A stretch of 64,000 nucleotides of DNA, taken from contig CM052816.1 in NCBI GenBank assembly GCA_028534125.1, forward strand, positions 78,370,001 through 78,434,000, read 5' to 3'. This DNA is from Lama glama. Lineage: Eukaryota. Shown here piece by piece: positions 50,493 through 64,000 of the stretch. The stretch's first letter is position 1; the number at the start of each line of letters is the position of its first letter. Both the position numbers and the translations under genes were made by a program. The notes below the pieces were generated by a model, which saw only the letters and a program-made list of their open reading frames with translations, had not been told where the DNA came from and did not search any database.

Positions 50493-53400
50493 AAATTATA
50501 TAACTTCTAACATATGATGCTTATCACCATAGTAATGAAGGGTAGTTATATCATCAATTTTTGATATAATTAATACCTTCATTTGTTTACATTAACTAAA
50601 AGCTTTCTGAAACTAAACATTCACTGTATCTTTGTAGTAGGCACATCTCAGATTCTTGGTAGCCCCTAAATTTGCTTTATAGAGGTCTGGAACCATTAGT
50701 CTGAAGTAATGCTACCCTGCTACCCCTCAGTACAAATGAGAAGAGATGGAAGACACTTATAATCTCCTTCTCTTCTTCTAGGATCTTCGTGGTTATAAGT
50801 GATGGCTAGGATAAGAGTTTTATATGCTTTTATCTATTACTATCTATTTGAGAAGTATGGTAATGCCTTTAGTATTAAGGAAAGTTTCCTCAAACAAATA
50901 AATGAATGCATTTAACTGAAGATAATAAAAACACAAAAGGCAAGATAAATAGAACAAAAATATTTTAAAATATAAATGTCTATAACTGAAAAAAGTAAAT
51001 TCAAGTCTGTTATGAAATAAATTCATGTTTTCATGAAAGCGTAAAGACAGGATAAACATATATCAACATAATACAATTAGAACCATTACCGTAGTATTTA
51101 CTATCTAATCTTACACATATATATACAAACACACAAATAGCTGCTATGAAGAAATAAATCCTTAACATCCTGTTGAGAGCTTAAAAATAAAGTAGAAGTA
51201 GCAGAAGTTATTTATTCATGGTAATTTGTCCTTGATGACTACTAAAGATGACAACTTTAACTTACTTTACTTACCTATGTAAAATTTTGAGTGAAAGTTT
51301 AAGAATGATATCTTACCTGCTAAATTTAAGAACTGGGAGCAAAGACTACCTTAGTGGTTTACAGCAGGAAATCTTAGTAACTATAATCAACATCAAGACT
51401 GTAACATTCAAATGATAATAGTGCTTATGTGAAGAAAAAAAATATATAATGGCAAAAATAAATGGGTACTGATTAAGACAATTTAAAAGCCTCAAGAAAA
51501 TACAATACTAATAATTTAAGAATATGAAACATAAATTATAAATCTCAAGTGAAGAATCCTTTTTTATTCTTCATGAAACTTCTATTTAACATCATGAAGG
51601 AGTTATTTCAGTGACTTTTAAGTCTCACAGTCTTCTAAGGACATTCATAGCCACAATTTTACCCAACGAAGATGTAATATTCATAACTGGTAAAAGAGTT
51701 CATTGCTTAGAATCCTGACATACTAATGTTGCGTTTAACACATTTGTGTCATTTTCAAATCCCGTATCGTTTCTTCATTCTGGCTTTCTTAATTTAAGTG
51801 TATTTTACCAGTGAGGTTCACTTTTTAGAATACTGGTAGAGGTAAAAGAAATCAACTTCAGCTTTGGATTGCTGGTATCTTCAGACCTAAGGCAAACATG
51901 CTCTGCATCTCATTTACAACTCCTTAATGATCTGAACATCTCTAATTAAATATGTGTTTTTTTGATGGAAAGATCATGTCATGTCTTCTAAGACGTATCT
52001 TCCCCTTTCCACATGGCCTATAACATTAAATATGTATATATGGACGGTCAATAAATGATTTCTGATTGCCTAACTCTGTAGTTCACAATTTCTTGTGTTC
52101 ACTTACATATATACTTCCTGTATAGTTTTGGAACTGCTATATTTTACACAAATGAAGACATTGCCAATTTTTTTTTAAAAATGGAAATTCTTTTTTTGTA
52201 CTACATAAAAGATCATAATCTTTTGAGGTATATATATATAGATAACCCATAGTATTTGGCTTTTAGTACACCATGAGACTTTTTAAAAAGCAGATTTACC
52301 TGATTATGTTTTGCTTAGATTAAATTCCCACTCACAAAGACATACTGACTTGATACTAATATCCCAGAATTATCTTCCAGATAAATATACAATAATCAAG
52401 GGTTAAGATATGTATTGGCATTTGCACTCCCTTTACAATGGTTTATTACATTCTGAGAACAAGGACTCTGGTCTCTTCTTTCTCTTAAAAAAAATTATTC
52501 ACAATAGCCAAATACAGAAAATTTGTCTTATATTTGATAAAGCAAGTACCAAGTTTATACATTGTAGTTTCCTGTTTCTTACTCCCTAAATTAAAAAGAA
52601 TACTATCAGATTTAAGAGCTATACTATTCTGTACATCATTTTAACCTCTGTACAACTCTAAGAGCTGTGGCAACATGATACAAAGACCAAGTGTTCATTT
52701 CTAAAGATAACAATTGAAAAAAATTAGTCTAGCAATGATTAATATTTCTCCATGTACTGACCTCCGAAAGTGAACTCTATATTATTCTAAACAGAAATAT
52801 CTACCTCACAGGTTTATGACTTTTCTGAATTAATCACATCTTTTCTTCATTTTTATAAAACACTTTATGAATGGACTCAGTCAGGTCTCTTGATTACAAA
52901 GGATAAGAAACAGAATGCATGACATTCCTACATTCATGCTCAGGATCTTTAATACATCAAAGACTGGATAACTGATTCAGCTTCAATAGAAATCAATAAA
53001 CAATGAGTACTTCAAAAGGTCCCTAGAATATATTTTATGTTCTTTTCTCTGAATTAGAAAGCAATCATTTAAATAATGTAAATTTAATGTAAATGTAATG
53101 TCTCACTGACTATTTAATACATTGATGATTTCAGAAATTACTGTTGTTTGCAGAGCTATTTGTTCTTAAAATTTCCAGAGTGTTAATATTTTAGATTATA
53201 TTTCTCACCTCATTTCTTTCATCCCAACTACTTTATTCTTTAAATCAGGTGTTTGAATTACCACAAAATTTTAAGTTACTGGTTTGAGGGATGATGTCAC
53301 TTATACACAATTTTTTATGAGGCATCACACTTGCAGCTTTCTTAGATATATATTCCATTAGATATAGTGCATCTATTTTCTGGCTCTACTAAAGCAAAAG

Positions 53401-56400
53401 AATACATTTACTTCTAGATGTCCTATATTTTAACAATCTTAGATTTCTAGTATAAATCACTCATACTAGCACATTTACCAGATTATTAAAACCAGAAGTC
53501 ATCAAAAGACTTAAAACTCCCAGTCACTGATTTGATAACTACCATCATATTTTGTTTGATTTTTTAAATGGGGAAACAACCCTGAGATTAAAATAAACCA
53601 CCTGAATTAATGAACTCTTTAGGACTGAAGTTTCAGGCAATGGAAGCCAGCCATGTCCAGAAACATATCAAGAAACAAACTACAAATACTATAAATTATA
53701 AAAAATATCTTAGGCAGGCAAAATGTAGTTCAACAATTCTCAATTCTCCCAGTAACCTACCCATATTACAGAGGAAAAGCATAAATGCATCTTTTACATC
53801 AATTTGGGGTAAAAAGAAAAAAGATTTAGTAGTACAGGTTGTCAATCTGCCCTTCTTGGAATCCTAAGTTAATATAGTTTGAAGACACATGTTTTTTGGT
53901 GCAAATGGTTCCTAAATGCAAGCCAATTTCTTTATTTGAAGCCACTGATAGGAAGTGCATCCAATGAGTATGAACTGCTGATGACATAAGCCCTGAAAAA
54001 AGTTAACATTTGGGAGGCAGAAACAAAAGAAGACAACCTGAAGAGAAGCAGAAAAAACGTGGGGTTCAACTGTGAGACCAGGACATTAAATATTCCTTCT
54101 ACAGAGATGCCCAGGTTACATAATCTGCTGGCAGAACTAGGGGTAAAGAGGAAGATTGTGTGCTAGGGACCAAAATCCGGAGTCAATGTAGGGACATGGA
54201 ATATTGGCGAATAAAAGTTTTGAGGTCACAAAACACTGCCCTTAGAGGAAGAACTGACATATGTATTTTGGTAATTATTTGGAAAGAGCAATAGCAAACT
54301 AGGAGAAAGGAGATACCACTTTCTGGTGCTAAGGCTCTTTGGTTAAATGAAAATGGAACAGTTTCTATGGTAAATCTTAACTCATCAGGGTAATAAGAAG
54401 GGGGGATCTGTTTATAACTGAGGAGGAGGTCTTAATTTAAGGAAAGAGAGGATGAGGTAGACTACATCCTCTAAAAGAAAAAGGTCAGGAAACAGTTGAA
54501 GGATTTGCTTTTTTTTATGGTTTAGAATAAATGTAAGTGAAGCATAATGAGATAATCTTGTATAAAGTTGCTATAATTTTGGTAAAGAGGCAGAGAACCC
54601 ATGCATTAGCTGGAAGCTTGTTCAGGATTACAAAAAAATTTTTTTTAATTTAAAAAAGAAAGACTAGCAGTTATTCATCTGTGGCTAGGGAGGGGTGATC
54701 AGGGTCAAATCTAAACCTATTCTCCTTCTGACAGTCTTTGAGAAATACTCCTGAAACTAATGTAAATAAGCAGTATATAATCACTAAATAAAGAATGCTG
54801 TAACCTAACAACTGGCAAGTCTCCTTTTTAATTTAAGCCAGCAATTTTCAAGTAGCAGATTTTGACCTGTAAGCAAGTTGAGGAATAAGTTTTGTGGATC
54901 TTGACTAGCAATGTGTTTAAAATTAAAGACAAAATACCTCTGTAGTAGAGGTAGATATTATTATGTGTTTATATATGTGTATTAGGTCACAACATGCATT
55001 TTATTTCTTACCTTAGGTCACAATCAAAAAAGTCTGAAAGTCTTTTTAAGTTTAATGGTTGCCATCTCAAAATAGGAGTCAATTCAGATTTTAAAAGTTC
55101 TTCTAAATTAACTTAATCCAATGTGTGGGCTTAGCCCATTATTTCTTAAACTACAGGTTCAATGAAAAATAAATAATAATTTGAATAATATACTCAAATA
55201 AAATTGATTTCATTGATCATAGGTTGATAGAATATCGACTACCTTGTATCAGAGAGCTTAATTATCTATGCATGTAAGCCTGATATAAAAGTTGCCAATG
55301 TTACATTTTGAAGCCTGGTTACAATAAAACCTTTTTGCTCAGAAATTACTTTTAATTATTTTTTATCTAAATCTTTCTAAAAGCACTGTATCCATCTTTT
55401 TTTAACAAGACAACTTCCTGATTCATGGTCATTACTGAAAAGATCAAGTTTATAACTATGCTTTACATGGCAATGCCTTTAGAAGTTAACTGCTATGCGT
55501 AAGGCTGTTTGAAATGATTAGACATGATCCAGGCTTTGCTTCTGAGTTCTGCAGATCTACTTGCAATTTGCTGAAATGTGTATACTCTCAGACTCTGCTA
55601 ATAGTGTAGAAAATAAACACACAGCAAATGGTGTCAGTTTTATCTACTACAACAACAAAATGTCAAACAACAGGGGAATACAGTGGAACAGTAAGCCAGT
55701 ATAATTATGAACAATGTTAGTACAGAGATAGTAAGTGTAAAGAAAACAGAATGCAAAATGATAGGTACACCATATTGCATCTTTGTAAAAACTGTAACAG
55801 GAGCTGAAGGAGATGAATGCTAGTATACTCACCTGAGAAATGAATTTTTCTAAAGAAGTACAAGTTATACTTTATAGAAACAAGAAAAAGACAATGATTA
55901 ATTGTGAGGGGTTAGGAGATATTTATGAACACAGTGAGTTTTCAACAGAGATGAGGTGAACAATGGAGGACAGGAGCAGAGAACCAGGAGCTGGTAGCTG
56001 TTCTAAAGCATTCCAGGTGGAATAAGTTTGAGGGAGTTTGAGTAGTCTGCTCTGGACAGAGCAAGATACTTAATAGGGAGAAAAAGTATGTAAGCTCGTA
56101 AAAGTAGGTAGGGTTCAGATGTCAGTCTTTTTGCGGAGTGACAGAAACAGATTGTGCTTCAGAAATGTTACTCTAGAAGTAATTCGTGGGGTGGATTGGA
56201 AGGGAAAGACATTAGAAGGGAAATCTAAGAGACATTCAATATGTGAAAGATATAGGTGAATAGCTAAGTAGATGCTATAAATTTAATTGTTTTTGAAAAG
56301 TGGTAATGTTACTATTATGCACTTATCATACCAAACTTTAGACAGGAATATTTAGCTCAAAATATTAACTATTTGGCATGTTTAAGATCACAAAAAAACA

Positions 56401-57459
56401 AGAAAATATGAAATCAAAGACAACAAAATTCACATGCTGATATTTGTTATTTAAGTATTTTAATAAATCTGATTAAGTATTAAATTCTTATTAGCTATTC
56501 AACTGACCTCTACTACATTAGGCTGAACGCATAGAGAATTTTAGCAACATTTATTTTATAAAATTCCTAATATTCTAGAAAAACATTTTCTAACAACACT
56601 AGGAATGGCATATTTTTTGATTATGTTCTTACTACCAATGATGTAAAACACTTTAATTTTAACTAATCTGGTCTCACCATACTTCTTCCACATTGTACTC
56701 TCAATTAGCCAAATACTTAACTTCACTAAACTTGAAGTGTTTTTTCCTTCTGCCCTTGTGCTAAAAACACACATGATCCTCTAATACTCTGGATTCACAT
56801 AGCACCTTTTCTTAAGGATACTACACTGTCACTGTATCATTAGTCAATCATATTCTCCATGATGTCATAAACTTGATAAAATCACAAACTATGTTGTGTC
56901 TGCAGCACCTAGCAGAGTGCACAGGATACTGAAGATGGCACAGGATACTGAATGACTAGTGTAACTATTAGAATAAATTTGTGGTCTTTCAATAAATTTT
57001 CCCAACTGAAAATTATTTTCTAAACTCTGAAAGCAGTTTTTAGTTGTTCTATATTAAAAATTACAAATAGGTTTATCTACAAAGTGAAAAGATGGGAGAA
57101 AAGATTTCATAATTTACATGCAACAAGTATAAAATATTTTAAAAGTAATTTCAGTCTTGTGATATATTTATATTTAATATATCATATATTAATATCTAAT
57201 TTCACTAGATAAAAATAAGCACTCACAAATATTAAATATCCTAGTAAAAATATTTTATTTGGCTAATCTTATACTACATTTATAAATATTGGATAAAAAC
57301 TAATTAAATAATTCAAAACTCGATCTACTTCAGTCTTTTTAAACATATATAAAAATATTTAAATGGCAGTGGGAAATGCAAATTTTAGGTCTCTTGCAAC
57401 AGAATAAGGAATCTAGTTATCAGGTCCATCTATATAAAATTTCAATTTAATATCTGTAT

Positions 57460-57662
57460 CAGGCTCAGCAAACTACAGCCAGTAGGGTCAAATTTGCCCT
57501 GCCTGCCACCTATTTTTGTATATAAAGTTTTATTAGAATACAAAGACACACAATCAATATTGTCTATGGTTGTTTTTGTACTACAATGTTACAGATACGT
57601 GGCTCACAAGGCCTAATATATTTACTATGTGGGCCTTTATGTAAAAAGTTTGCTGACCCCAG
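57460..57662 (+). mobile_element. MER58A-like hAT-Charlie element
   Basis: caggctcagcaaactacagcc...ataaagttttattagaa...ggcctttatgtaaaaagtttgctgacccc. Confidence 0.85.
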
Positions 57663-57980
57663 ATGTATATCATGTTATACTTTATTCAACATGAAACAAA
57701 GTGCCACCCACCTTGCAGGTGTAATCATTATATAGTTTTATTCTGTACAATTTAGGTCATTGTAAACTGGTTTACTTAATGAAGAAAAAATACAAAAGAC
57801 AAAGAGTTGGTTTATAGCAACTGAAACCATAGGACAGATGAAACAGGCAGAAGAGAAGATTTTAAGAAAATCTTGTTTTAAGCATCATGGTTTTGATATT
57901 GACATTAGCACTCCAAAGATTTCATCAATGTTCAGCTATCAAATTACTATGAGGAAGAACCATGAAAAGAAACAGGTTTT

Positions 57981-58099
57981 TCAAATATATGCATGTATAT
58001 GCATGACTGGGGCATTGTGCTATACACCAGAAATTGACACACTGTAACTGACTATACTTTGATTTAAAAAAAAAGAAAGAAAGAAAGAAAGAAAGAAAG
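57981..58099 (+). mobile_element. Short young L1 3' end (camelid-like) with A/(GAAA)n tail and TSD
   Basis: gcatgactggggcattgtgctatacaccagaaattgacac; TSD aaaagaaaca(g/t)gtttt at 57965-57980 and 58100-58115. Confidence 0.85.
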
Positions 58100-58226
58100 A
58101 AAAGAAACATGTTTTCTAGGAAGTCTATTATGTAAATGATAACTTGCTACTACCCAATACAGAAACTAGGAAGCAGCCATCAAATGATTCTTTCCTTGAT
58201 ACATATATTAATAAAAATGAGTGGTG

Positions 58227-58325
58227 ATTATGTCTGTTCATGTATAACTGAAAAATTGTACTTTACACTGGAGTTTGACACAACATTGTAAAATGACTAT
58301 AACTCAATAAAAAAAAAGTTTAAAC
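58227..58325 (+). mobile_element. Short young L1 3' end (second camelid-like subfamily) with TSD
   Basis: gttcatgtataactgaaaaattg...tttgacacaacattgtaaaatgactataactcaataaaa; TSD aa(a/g)atgagtggtg at 58214-58226 and 58326-58338. Confidence 0.85.
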
Positions 58326-58338
58326 AAGATGAGTGGTG

Positions 58339-61300
58339 GAAACACAATCCAACTTACCCCAAGGAACTAGAACAAGAACAAACTAAGCCCAAAGTTAGCT
58401 GAAGGAAGGAAATAACAAACACCAGAGCAGACATAAATGAAATAGAGAGTAAAGAAAATAAAAAAGATCAATAAAAGTAAGAGTTGAAAAGATAAATAGA
58501 CCAGCCTTTAGACAGACTGACCAAGTAAAAAAGAAGACTCAAGTAAAAAAATTATAAATGGAGGAGACATTACAATTGATACCACATAAATACAAAGAAT
58601 TGTAAGAGACTATGAAGAGCAATTTTACACCAAACAAATTGGACAATCTAGAAGGATGAAGAAATTCCTAGAAACATACAATCTAGGATACAAGATTAAA
58701 ATCATGAAGAAACAGAAAATCTGAAAAGACCATTTACTAATGATTGGTCCTCCAAACCTCCCAACAAAGAAAAGCGCAGAATGTACAGCTTCACTGGTAA
58801 ATTTACCACACATTTAAAGAAGAATTAATACCAATTCTTCTCAAACTCATCTAAAGATAGAAGAGGAAGGAACACTTCTAAACTCATTTTACAAAGCCAA
58901 AACTGATATGAAAATTACAAAAATCAGACAATGGCACTACAAGGAAAAAAAAATTACCATATCCCTGATCAACAGAGAACCAAAAGTCTTCAAAGAACAT
59001 TAGGAAACTAAATTCAACAATACATTAAAAAGATCATACACCATAATCAAATGTAATTTACTGCAGGAATGCAAGGATGGTTCAACACCCACAAATCAAT
59101 GTGATATATACCACATTAACAAAATGAGTGATAAAAATCATACAATTACCCCAATAGATGCAGAAAAAGCATTTGACAAAATTCAACATTCATTCATGAT
59201 AAAAAACTCTCAACAAACTGAGTATAGAGGGAATGTACAACATAATAAAGACCATCTATGACAAGCCCAGAGCTAACATACTCGATGAAAAACTAAAAGG
59301 TTTTACTCTAAAATAAGGAACAAGGTAAGAATGCCTACTCTCGCCACTTTTATTCAACAAGCACTGAAAGTCCTGGCCAAAGCAATTAAGGAAGAAAAAG
59401 AAATAAAAGGCATCCAAATCAGAAAGGAAAAAATAAACTATCTCTATTTGCAGATGACATTATATACAGAAAACTAACGACTTGGCCCCAAACTGTTAAA
59501 CTAATAAACAAATTCAGTAAAGTTGCAGGATACAAAATCAATATACAAAAATCAGTTGTGTTTTGATACACTAACAATAAACTCTCAGAAAGAGAAATTA
59601 AGAAAATCCCATTTACAACTGCATAAAAAAGAACACAATATCTAGAAATAAACTTAACCAAGGAAGAAAAAGATCTATATACTGAAAACTATTAAAGACA
59701 CTGATCAAAGAAACTGAAGAATACATAAATAAATGGAAAGATTCCATATTCATGGACTGCAGGAATTGACACTGTCAAAATGTCCACACCACCCAAAACA
59801 ATCTATAGATTCAGTACAATCCTATCTCTATCAAAATGGCAATGGCATTTTCCAGAGAAATATAACAAACAATTTTAAAATCTGTCTGGAACCACAAAAT
59901 AACCAAATAGCCAAAGCAATTCTCAGAAAGAAGAACAAAGATGGGGGCATCACACTTCCTGATTTCAAATGATAACACAAGGCTATTGTATGTAAAGCAG
60001 TATGGTATTGGCATAAAAACAGACACACAGATAAATGGAAGAGAACAGAGAGCCCAGAAATAAACTCATGCATAGTGGTCAATTAACTTACAAAAAAGGA
60101 GTCAAAAATATTCAGTGGGGAAATGACAGTCACTTCATTAAATGGTGCTGTAAAAAGTGGACAGCCACATGCAAAAGAATCAAACTGGGCCACTATCTTA
60201 CCCCATACACAAAAATCAACTCAATATGGATTAAAGACTTGAACTTGAAGCCTGAAGCCATAAAACTCCTAGACAATAACATAGGTCCTTGATACTGGTC
60301 CTGGCAATGATTTTTTGGATTTGATACCAAAAACAAGGGCAAAGAAAGCAAAAATAAACAAATGGGACTACATCAAAGTAAAAGATTTTGCACAGCAAAG
60401 GAACCCATCAACAAAACAGGAAAGCAAGCTATTAAATGGGAGAAAATATCTACAAATCCTTTATTGGTAAGGAGCTAATATCTAAAATATCTGAAGAACT
60501 CATAAAACTCAATACAAAAATTAACCAAACCTGATTAAAAAATGGGCAGAGAATCTGAATAGACATTTTTCCAAAGAAGACATACAGGTGGCTAATAAGT
60601 ATATAAAAAGGTGCTCAACATCACTAATCATGAAGGTCAATCAAAACCATGGGATATCACCTCACACCTGTTAGAGATATCTACATTCCCGTGTTCACTG
60701 TAGCATTATTTATAACAGCCAAGACATGGAAACATCCTAAGCTGTTTAGTCCACTGATAGATAAATGGATAAAGAAAACATGGTATATACATATATACAA
60801 CGGAATATTTCTTAAAAATAAAAAAAGAAGGAAATGCTGCCATTTGCAAAAACATGGATTAACTTTAGGAGCATTATGCTAAGATAAACAAGTTACACAG
60901 AGAAAAACAAATACTGTATGATATCACTTATATGTAGAATCTAAAATAAAAACAGAATTCATAGAAACTAAGTACAGACTGATAGTTGCCACAGGTGGGA
61001 GGTGAGTGAAATGGGTAAAGGTGGTCAAAAGATAAAAACTTACAATTATAAAATAACTAAGTTCTGGGAATACAATGTACAGCATGAAGTGATGGAAGTT
61101 AACTAAACTTATGGTGGTAATCATTTTGCAATAAGTACATATAGTTCGCCCTTCATCTCTGTGAATGAGGAATACAGATACAAAGAGCTGACTGTACTAT
61201 CCCATTTTATATAAGGGATTTGAAAGTATCTTTGGATTTTGATATCTGTGGGGGTCCTGGAACTGACTCTCTGTGGATATTGAGAGATGACTGTGTATCA

Positions 61301-61367
61301 AATAATTACTTTATACACCTTAAACTAATACAATGTTATATGTTAACTATATCTCAATAAAACTGGA
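58339..61367 (+). mobile_element. L1MA9-like element, ~3 kb, 5'-truncated ORF2 with internal deletions plus 3' UTR
   Basis: ORF2 remnants (gatgcagaaaaagcatttgacaaaattcaac, ctatttgcagatgacat = LFADD, IAKAILRKKNKDGGITLPDFK); AATAAA at 61356-61361. Confidence 0.92.
61142..61293. mobile_element. MER2/Tigger-like (TcMar) element nested in the L1 3' UTR
   Basis: ccattttatataaggga...gggggtcctggaac...gatgactg; degenerate TIRs, TA/TG flanks, L1 sequence resumes on both sides. Confidence 0.75.
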
Positions 61368-61799
61368 ATGAAGTAAATGGTGACAGCAACGTCTTGAGAT
61401 ATACACTGAATATAAAGTATGTATACACAAATGAGACTTATTTTCAAAAATTACTTTTTTCATTAAATAAACTCAATTAAAATGGGATGACTGCATTTGT
61501 TTATATGAAAAAAGGGGACAAAGTTTAGCTGTTATTGTAAGATTCATTTTGGTCCTCAAAACTTCATAAAATAGGAAGGAAACTGGTTTCTCTCTTTCAA
61601 AAGTGAATGAAATCTGAATTGTAGCTTTGTAGCTTTGAAAGGCTATGATCTGCTCAAAGCTCTGATTCCAATGTTCTTTGTACTACAACTTATAATAGGC
61701 TTAATGGAGAATTTTCAATAGTACAATAGTATTCAGACAATGCTACTTTTTTGGGTGGAGAAGGGGATTCAGATTTTAAAAATTCATATGATACACAGA

Positions 61800-61995
61800 A
61801 TTGTATCATATTGTGTCATAGTACAGTATAGCATATACCTAATTGATATTATGCTATGATATATTATACTACTATTATATATGATGATACATTATACTAT
61901 GACTATAATATTAACTTATTATTGCTATAATAATATTATTATATTAACTGCTTAATGTAATATTATGATATACTATAGTATGTTACAATATAAAG
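61800..61995. repeat. AT-rich low-complexity tract
   Basis: degenerate (TAT/ATA)n. Confidence 0.7.
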
Positions 61996-64000
61996 TAGGT
62001 ATTCATTTTTTTAATGTCTGAATCAGGCTCTTGTGAGGGAAAGTTTCAGTAACAATTTTTACAATAAGAGAGAACTTAGTATGTTAGAGTAATGAATATT
62101 TCTTCATAAATGGGTTCTCTCAGAATTAATTATTTGTTATCTTCTCACCCCTCAATCATATAACTATTTCTACAGATAGGAAAACCTAATAGAAGCTATG
62201 TCCTTGACTGGCTTGAGAAGGAAAGAGAATACCACTAGCAAACTTTAATACATCTAATTTTTATGAAAAAATTCTGTTAATGAATCTCTTTAAATCAATT
62301 ATCAATGATCTACCAAGCAAAATTTGGACCCCCAAAATTCTATAAATGGAAACCATGGGCAAATTTTTTCAAAATACTGCTCTAAAATCACAACAGCTAA
62401 GTATGCCAACTTCTGTAATAAATATTTTCCAAAAATTTCTTAAAAATATCACTAATAGTAATATCTTTACAGAAGCTAAAAATCTTTGAGTTTTTTAGAA
62501 AAGTATTTTATATATGTTCAAATGAGCCAAAATAAATTTCTACTGCAGCATTAAGGATTCAAAATATTACAATCAAATCTACTTCACTGAGAATTTCTCA
62601 ATTTTATATTTCATAAATTTTGCCAAAAATCCACTCTCAGAAACAGTACTTTCTCTTAGACTTACAACAGCCTAGAGCCCTAAACACAATCCAACTAGAC
62701 TGCTCAGTAAAATGCAACCAGCTAACATATTTTAGTGATCAACATTCTGTAGTATAATTAACATAGTAATAACTGAGTTGAAATAATAGCCTCTAATAAT
62801 GATCACACAATCATTGACTAATTAAATGAGCACTATGTTTTAAACGTTGTTGACTATTAGAGTTGTTAGATAACTCTTTAAAGGTCATGATCTCAAACAA
62901 TAAATGGTATGGGATATTTCTTGAAAGTACTAAGTGCAAGAGATGGAAAACAATACACTATTTAGAAGGAAGTAAGGGGAAGAAGAAAAAAAGTGATCTC
63001 TTCGGATATAAAACTATCATATTTGAGACACTCTGGAATTTTGAAAAACCAAAATTAAATTGTTAAAGTGTGTAATTACTAGTAATAAGCTGTTAACAAC
63101 ACATAAGGCATGTTACTTGATGATCATGCCAGACTTAAGATGGCATAAGTTTATTATTTTAACTTACAGACATATTATACATAGGGTGTACTACGGTAAT
63201 ATTCTGAGTAAAAACATTTTAACCACAAAGGTATTGTTTTTGGCAGTTTTGAAAGTACGTTTAACAGAAGACATTTTAAAATATTTAAAGATTTTACAAA
63301 GGTTATGTTGGTGCCCCCCACTCCCATCCCTCCTTGGCAAGGAAGAAAGAAGGTGATGGCAAAAAGGCTGGGAAGATGACAGAAGCAGGAAATGAGAACA
63401 GAACTGATTCTGAGCCAATCTTGTAACAGGTACCCAGAAAAATAAACGTAAAGAATAAATTAAACAGACATGAATATGAGTGGGTCTCTTTTGGATCTGA
63501 ACAAGAACTAAGTAGTTATTACAAAATTAAGGGAACAATTGAAAATTATGTAGCTTTTGAGCTAGGGTCTACTGGTGGGAACATAAAAAATGAATACGTA
63601 ATTTTAATCTGCACACAAAAGCCTTTTCTAACATGAGATCAATACAGGTTACTCATTCAACAGGCATTTAATATGCTCTTTTTAGGTACTAGGTAATATG
63701 CTAGGTACTAGGAATATACACATATCCCCATAGATATATAAATAAATGTAACAATTTCACTTTACATTTAATATGTTCACACCAAATAAAAAATACGTAA
63801 TCTATAATAGGAGTCATAAATCTATACCCCTACTATTCAGAATTTATCAGCTTAAAGTATATTCAAGGAATTTAAAATTACCCTAAAGAATGAATATTTT
63901 AATTATGGAAATCAGGTAAAATACTTAAATGATGAAATTTTATGGCTCTTCCAAGAAAGTAAAACCTACCAAGAATTCTGGCTCTAGGAATCAACAACAA

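Larger units (their letters stand above)
1..64000 (-). other. NIPBL: NIPBL gene body, partial (intron 10 to intron 40)
   Basis: 30 spliceable exons give a continuous 3833-nt frame matching the NIPBL NLS region and HEAT-repeat region; no start or stop codon of the gene in the window. Confidence 0.98.

Noticed and set aside
63300..63440. Purine-rich patch with CAGGAAAT (ETS-like) and CCAAT motifs as an internal promoter or enhancer
   Set aside because: Short motifs are expected by chance; cannot be supported without chromatin or conservation data
1..64000. A new protein-coding gene, CRISPR array or other prokaryote-type system
   Set aside because: Every ORF in the track overlaps a NIPBL exon, is TE-derived, or is short and compositionally random; no repeat-spacer array was seen

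Overview
AT-rich mammalian genomic DNA lying entirely inside the NIPBL gene (cohesin loader, Scc2/delangin) on the minus strand. Thirty consecutive coding exons can be read, equivalent to human exons 11-40 (numbering recalled, not looked up). Together they give 3833 nt, about aa 1041-2318, with GT-AG boundaries throughout and an unbroken reading frame. Exon 10 and exons 41 onward lie outside the window. The introns hold ordinary eutherian repeats (L1, L2, MIR, hAT and Tigger DNA elements, ERVL/MaLR). The youngest L1 3' ends resemble camelid L1s, and no Alu, B1, Bov-tA or PRE1 SINEs were recognised. No new gene or prokaryote-style system is supported. The best second-look items are: (1) a candidate PTC-containing poison or terminal exon with an RNA stem in intron 11; (2) a sense-oriented, TSD-flanked mRNA 3'-end retrocopy (TPM3-like) that brings two AATAAA signals into intron 15; (3) a chimeric MaLR/ERVL insertion flanked by an old ~290-bp direct duplication in intron 32; (4) a candidate exon using an ancient MIR in intron 38; (5) an identical 21-mer on both sides of exon 33. 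Repeat family names come from recognition of consensus features, not a database search.
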